A DNA stretch of 14,146 bases from positions 1-14,146 of the forward strand of contig JBBIRS010000015.1 of the NCBI GenBank assembly GCA_037441675.1, given 5' to 3'. Below the pieces are notes generated by a model that made no database searches, was not told the DNA's origin, and saw only the letters and a list, made by a program, of their open reading frames with translations. Position numbers and translations under genes: made by a program. The DNA comes from Planctomycetales bacterium (GTDB lineage: Bacteria; 4484-113). How positions within the stretch are numbered: the first letter of the stretch is position 1; every line of letters starts with the position of its first letter. Below, piece after piece: positions 7,472 to 14,146 of this stretch.

Positions 7472-8232
7472 GCCTCTGCCTCCTTTCCAAGATATGCTTC
7501 AATTACCCTTGGATTATTCTTCACTTCCTCAGGCACGCCCTCCGCAATTTTAACCCCGTAATCAAGAACGTGAATGTACTCACAGATGCCCATTACAACC
7601 CTCATATGATGCTCAATGAGAAGAACCCCCGCACCGGTTTGGTTCATTATCAGCTTTACTCGCTTCATCAATTCTTCTATCTCCGTTTCGTTCAAACCTG
7701 CCGCAGGTTCATCTAGAAGGAGGATTTTAGGATGGGTCGCGTAGGCGCGAGCAATCTCTAGGTACTTCTGCTGGCCATAGGGCAATCCGCCTGCGAATCT
7801 ATCAGCCACATCCGCCAAACCAAAAAAATGCAGAATCTGCGTGGCTTCTTCTTCAATGCGTCTTTCCACGAAATTAGTTCGCCCTACTCGCAGAAGTGCC
7901 TCAAAGAGAGAGTATCCATAATTCTTATGAAGAGCAACCTTGATGTTATCCTTTACGGTCATATTCTTAAAAAGCCTGATATTCTGAAAAGTTCTGCCAA
8001 TTCCAAGGCTTGTAATTTTATGTGTGGGTAGGCAAGTTAGCCTCTTCTCCCCAAGGTATATCTCGCCAGAGGCAGGGCGATAAACACCCGTAATAGCGTT
8101 AAATACAGTGGTTTTGCCCGCGCCATTTGGTCCAATAAGACCAATTATTTGCTTTGGCTCTACGGTCAAAGAGAAATCTTTCACAGCTCGTAATCCGCCA
8201 AAAACAACATTTATCGATTCTACTTTAAGCAA
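7468..8232 (-). CDS. livG: HAAT ABC transporter ATP-binding protein
   Basis: FGGL, GPNGAGKTT, RTFQNIRLF, LPYGQQK, LLDEPAAG, IEHHM and VIEAYLG motifs. Overlaps livF by 4 nt. Confidence 0.95.
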   Translation of the reverse strand: MLKVESINVVFGGLRAVKDFSLTVEPKQIIGLIGPNGAGKTTVFNAITGVYRPASGEIYLGEKRLTCLPTHKITSLGIGRTFQNIRLFKNMTVKDNIKVALHKNYGYSLFEALLRVGRTNFVERRIEEEATQILHFFGLADVADRFAGGLPYGQQKYLEIARAYATHPKILLLDEPAAGLNETEIEELMKRVKLIMNQTGAGVLLIEHHMRVVMGICEYIHVLDYGVKIAEGVPEEVKNNPRVIEAYLGKEAEA

Positions 8233-9412
8233 TTTCAGCCTCCTCAGTGGTTTCCTCCTTCTCTAAGGCTTTTCTTACAACTTCTCTGGCTACACCGGAA
8301 AAGCCGAGAAGACCGCTAGGTCGGAAAATCATCAGCAGCACTAATAGAAGGGCAAATATAACTAGCCTCCACTGACCAATGAAGCGGAGAACTTCTGGCA
8401 GAATCGTAATAATTCCTGCGCCAAGTGTCGTCCCAAGAAGACTCCCCATACCACCAAGGACAACCATTAAAAGCACGTCAACGCTTTTGAAGAAATTGAA
8501 GTCTAAGGGCTTAAATAGCGGGATAACGTGAGCTAGAAGTGCGCCTGAGAGCCCTGCAAAGAAGCTCCCGATGGTGAAGTTTAACAGCTTGAAACGCGCG
8601 ATGTTGATTCCAAGATTCGTAGCGGCTATCTCATCCTCGCGAATTGAGATAACCGCTCTTCCATGCCAACTATTGATGTAGTTTCTAAGAAGCCATAGAA
8701 CCAACAAAACAATTAGAAGATAGGTAAGAAATGTTGCCCATTGAACACTATCCGCGCTAGCCTCGCTGAATGCCTTGTTGAACTGAAATACATCAAGAAA
8801 ACTTCTCAATACCTGGCGATAATTTATAAGAATTGCTAGGATTAAAACACCGCAGATAACTATCCTGCAAACTTTATAAGAGGATGCAAGAGCTTTGAGC
8901 TTACAAGCTTGTTTTGCCAATAGAGCCGATAGAGCGTAAAGCCCCCACAGGATGAGCAGAATAGTTACCAGTGAGAATAGGGCAGTGAAAAAAAGGTTGC
9001 CGAGAGAATTAAGCTCTTTGGGAACTATGAGAAATTTACTAATGTGGGGAGAATTTCTTATACCGGTGGGACCGCCGAAAATATCCGCAGGCAGAGCTAA
9101 AAGAACAATTCTAATTATCTCAGCGAAGCCAAGGGTTGCAATGGCGAGATAATCGCCCCTTAGCCTTAAGCAGGGGTAGCCGATAATCAAGCCAAAAAAG
9201 GCGCTCAAGAGACAGGCGCTTAGCAAGCCAACTATTAGGGGAAAGCGAAACTTGCCTACTAAAATTGCGCTTGTATAGGCGCCAATGGCGAGAAAACCTG
9301 CGTGTCCAAGCGCAAATTGCCCATTGTAACCTATGATAATGTTGAGTGATTGCGCGAAAATCACGTTCACGAGAACAATCAGTATCACCAGTTCCCAGTA
9401 GGGATTAATCAT
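8225..9412 (-). CDS. livM: HAAT ABC transporter permease with an internal insertion
   Basis: GQFALGHAGF, LRLRGDYLAIATLGFAEI, GRA...IREDEIAA, VVLGGMGS and FRPSGLLG motifs. Overlaps both neighbouring genes. Confidence 0.93.
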   Translation of the reverse strand: MINPYWELVILIVLVNVIFAQSLNIIIGYNGQFALGHAGFLAIGAYTSAILVGKFRFPLIVGLLSACLLSAFFGLIIGYPCLRLRGDYLAIATLGFAEIIRIVLLALPADIFGGPTGIRNSPHISKFLIVPKELNSLGNLFFTALFSLVTILLILWGLYALSALLAKQACKLKALASSYKVCRIVICGVLILAILINYRQVLRSFLDVFQFNKAFSEASADSVQWATFLTYLLIVLLVLWLLRNYINSWHGRAVISIREDEIAATNLGINIARFKLLNFTIGSFFAGLSGALLAHVIPLFKPLDFNFFKSVDVLLMVVLGGMGSLLGTTLGAGIITILPEVLRFIGQWRLVIFALLLVLLMIFRPSGLLGFSGVAREVVRKALEKEETTEEAEIA

Positions 9413-10935
9413 ACTTTCTCCACCACTCCCGAGCGAATAATTCCACTTGGTCTAACAAGGAGGACGGCGATGAGAATGGCGAATGCAAGGGCATCCGCAA
9501 GCGCGGATAAGGTTGGCGCAATGTAACCCTTCACCAGACCTTCGGAGAGACCCATAATAAGTCCACCTATGGCTGCACCGGGGACACTTCCAATTCCACC
9601 AACCACCGCCGCTACAAATGCCTTGATACCTGGAAGGATTCCCATTAGTGGCTCAATGCTTTGGTTGTAAAGCCCCACCATATTGCCAGCAATTGCAGCG
9701 CCAGCTCCGCCTATGGCAAATGTGGTTGCGATTACCCTATCAACGTCTACTCCCATCAGTCTCGCCGCATCCTGGTCAAAGGATAACGCCCGCATCGCTA
9801 TTCCATAAGTGCTACGATTTATCAGTAGATTCAAAAGAAGAAGGACAATAAGCGCGGTTAGGATTATTAGAAAGTTAAACACTGGCACACTCAAGGATTC
9901 ACCTGCCGCTGTGGTTATAGGAAGATGGATGGCGAGGGGTTTGCCACTACTGCCTTCAAATATGTATGGAACTTTTATGTACTCCGGCTCGCCAGTAGTC
10001 CAGCTTAATACCAGGTAAGACCTGCCTCGTCTGTCAACATCAGGATTTACCGCAACCATTGCAGGCGTTGGAACTGATTTGCCATCCTGCTTTTTAGACT
10101 CCACCAACGCTCTAGGATTTTCAGGGTTAAGGCTTACCGCCGGAGTCCACGCGGATTTTCCAGCCTTGCTGATTAGTCTAACCCGCGCAAACTTTTCAGG
10201 CGACACTTTTCCCACTGGAAATTTTATTTGTGTTCTATCCCTAACTTCGATGATTCTGGGTCTTATGAACTCTTTATCCGTTGATAGTTGAACCTGATAC
10301 ACCTCTAAAGTATTGGGGGAGTAGCTCTTTGGGTTTGCACCAAACACAATTAGCCCGAGATTTTCAAGGAAGAAGGATACGCCAACAGCGGTGATGAGTG
10401 CGGCTATCCTTGTTGAGCGACGAAGTGGGCGGTAAGCGAATCTTTCCATTGTTACCGCTACCAGCGCGCAAAGCAGCATTGAAAAGAGGATTGAAACGAA
10501 AAAGCAAACTATTAGAGAAACGCCCGCTGTGAAGTTAAGCCAGCGGATGGCAAATCTTAGTAAATAGTAGCCAAAAAAAGCCCCAAGCATATAGATATCG
10601 CCGTGGGCAAAATTGATGAGCTTTATTACGCCATACACCATGGTGTATCCGAGAGCGATTAACGCGTAAACGCTTCCGAGTATTAGTCCGATGATGAACT
10701 GCTCTATGAAGTAACCGGGACTTGCCTTGCCTTCACAGCTTGTTAGTAGCGGTATGAGGATGATAACGAGAATGATGTATAGATGAATAAAGAGCTTGTA
10801 TCTTTTGGGAAGACTTTTGTTGGCGATAAGGTTCTTTAATTTTTCAATAAGAAATCCAAGTGTACCCTTGTTGCATCCCATACTGGCAGAAATCCAAATC
10901 CTAAGAGATGAGCACCTGCGAGACGAGTTCGCCAA
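9409..10935 (-). CDS. livH: HAAT ABC transporter permease with an N-terminal extension and a large extracytoplasmic insertion
   Basis: GSVYALIALGYTMVYG..LINFAHGD, ERFAYRPLR, GIAMRA...AARLMGV, KAFVAAVVGGIGS and RPSG motifs. The start is uncertain (TTG 10935 or ATG 10881). Confidence 0.93.
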   Translation of the reverse strand: MANSSRRCSSLRIWISASMGCNKGTLGFLIEKLKNLIANKSLPKRYKLFIHLYIILVIILIPLLTSCEGKASPGYFIEQFIIGLILGSVYALIALGYTMVYGVIKLINFAHGDIYMLGAFFGYYLLRFAIRWLNFTAGVSLIVCFFVSILFSMLLCALVAVTMERFAYRPLRRSTRIAALITAVGVSFFLENLGLIVFGANPKSYSPNTLEVYQVQLSTDKEFIRPRIIEVRDRTQIKFPVGKVSPEKFARVRLISKAGKSAWTPAVSLNPENPRALVESKKQDGKSVPTPAMVAVNPDVDRRGRSYLVLSWTTGEPEYIKVPYIFEGSSGKPLAIHLPITTAAGESLSVPVFNFLIILTALIVLLLLNLLINRSTYGIAMRALSFDQDAARLMGVDVDRVIATTFAIGGAGAAIAGNMVGLYNQSIEPLMGILPGIKAFVAAVVGGIGSVPGAAIGGLIMGLSEGLVKGYIAPTLSALADALAFAILIAVLLVRPSGIIRSGVVEKV

Positions 10936-10944
10936 AGGCTCAAC

Positions 10945-12234
10945 CTAGCTTTGAGGTGAGGTGTATGACCAACCAGCCACCGGCCCGCTCTTTAAGGGGT
11001 CTACTGGGTCAAAGGAGTAGACCATTCTCTTTGAACCGCCCTTTTGAATCTGGACTACGACTAGCTTTTTGAACGCGTTATGCTCTTTATCAATATCAAA
11101 GGTCCCTGCAGCGCCAACAAAGCCCTTTGTCTCTTCTAGGGCATTCCTGACGAGCTCCTTTTCAGTGGAATTGGCGCGCTTAATTGCATCCGCAAGTAAA
11201 TACACCGCATCATATGCAAGTATTGCCATAGCGTCCGGGATATTCGCGTAAGCCTGCTTGTACTTTGAGATGAACTCCTGAACCCTTGGGTCAGGGTCAT
11301 CGGGAGAATAGTGATTCGTGAAAAATGTAGTTTCCTCCGCATCCCTACCCGCAATCTTCCAGAGGTCCTCGCTATCCAGCCCATCACCACCAAGAAGCGG
11401 TTGTTTTAAGCCCACTTCTCTAGCTTGCTTCGCAATCAATGCGGCTTGATTGTAGTAGATTGGGATGATGAGAACGTCAAACTCAGTCGCCTTGAATTTA
11501 TTTAGCTTGCTTCTAAAGTCGGTTTCACTACTGGAGAGAAAGCTATCGTGGTTCACAATTTCTAGCCCTTTTTCGGGAGCCATTTTTTGAATACGCTTCC
11601 AAATTCCAACCGAGTAATCATTGTCCGCATCGTAAAGGACAACAGCTTTCTTCGCCTTAAGCCCATTTACCGCAAAATCAATAATTCCATCACCTTGAAA
11701 ATCATCGGTGAAACAGGCGCGAAAAACCCATCGCCTAACCGTTCCATCGTCCTTAAGTGTAACCGCAGGGTTAGTGGAGGATGGAGTAATCATCGGAATG
11801 CCGCTTTCTTCCACGATGCGAGCCATAGCGATGGAGTTGCTGGACGCAACCGCGCCAATGATTGCGTTAACCTTATCTTGGTTTATAAGTTTACTGGCTA
11901 CCTGCGCGCTTTTATCGCTCTTGCTCTCATTGTCCTCGTAAACAGTTGTAAGTTTAAGATTGCCGAGCATTCCGCTTGCGTTAATCTCCTTTACCGCAAG
12001 CTCAGCGCCCTTTTGAGAGGATGTTCCAAATGCAGCAGCATTTCCAGTCATTTCAAAGTTAAACCCTATCTTGAATTCTCCTTCAAGAGCGCCACCTGGT
12101 TGCGTTGTAGTCTCAGCTTTTGTTGGTTGGGCTTCCTCCTTCTTTTCCTCTTCTACCCTCGGTTTGCAAGCGGATGATAAAAGTACTGGGCTCAATATAC
12201 AAAATACAACTACCGTTTTCTTATACCACCACAT
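10945..12234 (-). CDS. livK: HAAT ABC transporter substrate-binding lipoprotein (LivK/LivJ family)
   Basis: Lipobox SSA|C, then ELAVKEINASG, GAVASSNS, PSSTNP, FRACFTDDFQG, GGDG and YDAV. I moved the start from 12288 to ATG 12234 (MWWYKK...) because GGGAG lies at 12245-12241 and a promoter lies within the longer annotation. Confidence 0.92.
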   Translation of the reverse strand: MWWYKKTVVVFCILSPVLLSSACKPRVEEEKKEEAQPTKAETTTQPGGALEGEFKIGFNFEMTGNAAAFGTSSQKGAELAVKEINASGMLGNLKLTTVYEDNESKSDKSAQVASKLINQDKVNAIIGAVASSNSIAMARIVEESGIPMITPSSTNPAVTLKDDGTVRRWVFRACFTDDFQGDGIIDFAVNGLKAKKAVVLYDADNDYSVGIWKRIQKMAPEKGLEIVNHDSFLSSSETDFRSKLNKFKATEFDVLIIPIYYNQAALIAKQAREVGLKQPLLGGDGLDSEDLWKIAGRDAEETTFFTNHYSPDDPDPRVQEFISKYKQAYANIPDAMAILAYDAVYLLADAIKRANSTEKELVRNALEETKGFVGAAGTFDIDKEHNAFKKLVVVQIQKGGSKRMVYSFDPVDPLKSGPVAGWSYTSPQS

Positions 12235-12265
12235 ATTATTCTCCCAACATAAATGCTGAAAAGAA

Positions 12266-12294
12266 ATTATATCATCCCACATTATCATTGGAAA
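12266..12294 (-). promoter_or_regulatory. Promoter of the liv operon
   Basis: Minus strand TTTCCA (12294-12289), a 17-nt spacer, then TATAAT (12271-12266) with an extended -10 TG (12274-12273). Confidence 0.6.
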
Positions 12295-12425
12295 ACGATG
12301 TGAAGTTTATTGAGCTGTGCTAAACAATACCAAAGTGGCATTCAGAAGTTGAAAGGCGTTAATAATCTCCTAGTCTGACATAAAGGCGAGAAAGGGTATA
12401 ACTGCCAGCTTTAATTTTTATATGG

Positions 12426-13082
12426 CTAATCCAAAATTTCAAGAAGTTCCATTGGAGAGTTAATGACAAAATCCGCTAAAATGGCGTCTTTCTCGTTGCC
12501 AAAGCCATAGCTTGCAAAGACCGCTAAGGCGTAATTCTGCTTGGCGGAAAACATATCGGCAAATTTATCGCCGACCACCGCCATTCTACCTCCACCCAGA
12601 GTTTCACTCAGCAAACGGGCTAGTTCAACTTTATTCTTAGCGGGATTAAGTTCAATGCTCCCAATAACGTCAAAGTAACTTTTGTAGTTGAACTTTTCTG
12701 ATACCGCGCTGATGTACCTTTTTCCCGCATTCGTTAGGACTGCGAGCTTCTTGCCCTTATCTTTTAGCCTTGAAAGAACTAAAGTTACCCCTTCAAAGAG
12801 TTGACCCTTCTCCTTAATGGCTTCAATTTCGTATTTTAAGGAAACTTCTCTCAAGTCTTCCGCTCTTTGCTTATAGCCATCAGGTAGCAGAGCGGGGAAG
12901 AACTTATCCGCAGGCGCGCCTGTTAACTCAAGAATCCTTTTAAGGCTTGGGATCTCAATTGGGACGCCAGTAGCACGCTTAAACTCTTCGCAGGCGTATC
13001 TAACCCCCTGAATTACGCCCTTTGAGCTATCAAAGAGAGTTCCGTCATTGTCAAATAGAATAATATCCACGGGAATTTTCAT
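12426..13082 (-). CDS. HAD-superfamily hydrolase (phosphoglycolate phosphatase-like, C1 cap)
   Basis: Motif I FDNDGTLFDS, motif II LTN, motif III K, motif IV VGDKFADM, and YGFG. Confidence 0.92.
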   Translation of the reverse strand: MKIPVDIILFDNDGTLFDSSKGVIQGVRYACEEFKRATGVPIEIPSLKRILELTGAPADKFFPALLPDGYKQRAEDLREVSLKYEIEAIKEKGQLFEGVTLVLSRLKDKGKKLAVLTNAGKRYISAVSEKFNYKSYFDVIGSIELNPAKNKVELARLLSETLGGGRMAVVGDKFADMFSAKQNYALAVFASYGFGNEKDAILADFVINSPMELLEILD

Positions 13083-13090
13083 TCTTGATC

Positions 13091-13158
13091 TTAGGACGTA
13101 AAATTTATCATCATAGCACCTCCTCTCTCAACCTTTGAAAGCTTGTTGAAGGAAAAGG
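13091..13158 (-). promoter_or_regulatory. SD-sequestering hairpin plus mini-ORF (M)MINFTS* upstream of the HAD gene
   Basis: AGGAGGT at 13124-13118; ATGs at 13114 and 13111; TAA at 13093-13091. The hairpin 13158-13145/13132-13119 forms 13 of 14 pairs. Confidence 0.45.
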
Positions 13159-13295
13159 GTTTATACATCGTCATTTGTAATGTTTGGGAACAGGGAAATT
13201 TTTCCATTTCCCCACTGAAAAGCGAGGCTTAAAGCCAATTCGGAAAATCACTCATGTAGGCGTTAGAAGCTTCTTCAACCTCATTTTTAGCCATA

Positions 13296-13304
13296 TGATA
13301 AGAT
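13296..13304 (+). promoter_or_regulatory. Possible extended -10 promoter for cdaA
   Basis: TGaTAAGAT ending 37 nt upstream of ATG 13342. Confidence 0.35.
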
Positions 13305-13341
13305 AGTGATTGTTGAGACTTTCTAAAGGTTGTCGCGGGTT

Positions 13342-14146
13342 ATGCTTGAATACTTGCTAAGTATCATCTCCAACTATTGGATTAGAGGGCTGGAAATTTT
13401 GATAATTTCTGGCTTTTTCTACTACGTCCTGACTTCGGTGCGAGGGACGCGAACCCAATTGGTAATCTTTGGCTTGCTCATTTTGTTCGTAGCCTACCTG
13501 TCTGCAAAATTGTTGGGTTTAATCGCACTGGTACGTGTCTTTGAGCTTATTCTCTTTGTTGGACCTATTGCGATTATAGTTATCTTCGTTCCGGAGATTC
13601 GGCGATTCTTAGAGCGAGCGGGAAGGACTCACGGTCTTCTAGCAAGGTTGGTGCAAATTTCGTCTGCCTCTGAGGAGAGCAAGGAAGTTTCAATATTTGA
13701 AGAGATATGCAAAGCGGTAGAAGACCTCGCAGAAAAGTATCACGGCGCTCTAATCGCAATTGAGAAAGAGGAGATATCATCCGAGGTGATGGTATCTGGG
13801 GTTTGGCTGGATGCTTATGTAAGCGAACATTTGCTGAAATCTATATTTGAACCGCATAATCCGCTTCATGACGGAGCGGTGATCATAAGGGACAGTAGAA
13901 TTTCATATGGTTCTTGCTTCTTCCCCCTTTCCGCGAAGGAGAATCTAAGTCATGAGTTTGGAACAAGGCATAGAGCAGCTGTTGGCATTACGGAGAAAGT
14001 TGAGTGCATTGTGATTGTGGTTAGTGAAGAGAGAGGCGCAATTTCAATTGCTCATAACGGAAGAATCGCTAAAGACTTACCCAGCCGGCAATTTAGAGAG
14101 CACTTCAAAGCCCTTTACCATGAGAATCCTAATTTCGCTGTGCCAC
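13342..14146 (+). CDS. cdaA: Membrane-bound diadenylate cyclase (c-di-AMP synthase), 3' end outside the window
   Basis: Manual translation from ATG 13342 (MLEYLLSIISNYWIRGLEILII...) shows three hydrophobic segments, VRGTR, IFVPEIRRFLE, GALIAIE, PLHDGAVII, FGTRHRAAVGITE and VVSEERG. The catalytic DGA and RHR motifs are intact. It is not in the ORF track because no stop is reached. Confidence 0.95.
   Translation, partial: MLEYLLSIISNYWIRGLEILIISGFFYYVLTSVRGTRTQLVIFGLLILFVAYLSAKLLGLIALVRVFELILFVGPIAIIVIFVPEIRRFLERAGRTHGLLARLVQISSASEESKEVSIFEEICKAVEDLAEKYHGALIAIEKEEISSEVMVSGVWLDAYVSEHLLKSIFEPHNPLHDGAVIIRDSRISYGSCFFPLSAKENLSHEFGTRHRAAVGITEKVECIVIVVSEERGAISIAHNGRIAKDLPSRQFREHFKALYHENPNFAVP

Noticed and set aside
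11587..12177. 196-aa plus-strand ORF and the other short ORFs nested within identified genes (e.g. 3282..3728, 13580..13780)
   Set aside because: They are antisense or alternate-frame overlaps of well-supported genes with no protein-like signal.
12235..12288. 18-aa N-terminal extension of LivK in the ORF track
   Set aside because: It contains the predicted promoter and SD. ATG 12234 gives a normal-length lipoprotein signal peptide.
12375..12402. CTGACA-16 nt-TATAAC promoter-like sequence pointing antisense into the HAD gene
   Set aside because: Both boxes are imperfect with no supporting evidence, so it is likely by chance.

Overview
This is a bacterial chromosomal window of mostly housekeeping and amino-acid-utilisation genes. 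From left to right it contains: a truncated XRE-type HTH remnant and the start of an unknown gene at the left edge; tRNA-Ser(GCT); a ~150-nt structured intergenic element; a TPR-containing lipoprotein; tRNA-Glu(CTC); a saccharopine/lysine 6-dehydrogenase-family gene; a divergent RsmE-family SPOUT methyltransferase; a tyrosine phenol-lyase-type PLP enzyme; GTAG-type REP-like hairpins; a complete livKHMGF-type ABC transporter on the minus strand; a HAD hydrolase; and a membrane diadenylate cyclase (cdaA/dacA) that runs off the right edge and is absent from the ORF track. The most unusual signal is the remodelled Liv transporter. LivH carries a lipoprotein-type signal peptide and, in an extracytoplasmic loop, what reads as a circularly permuted fibronectin type III domain. 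LivM has a ~100-aa two-helix insertion in the equivalent loop. Other leads are non-canonical catalytic motifs in RsmE, the candidate ncRNA, and a fourU-like hairpin with a mini-ORF ahead of the HAD gene. All family calls come from motif recognition by eye; no searches were run.
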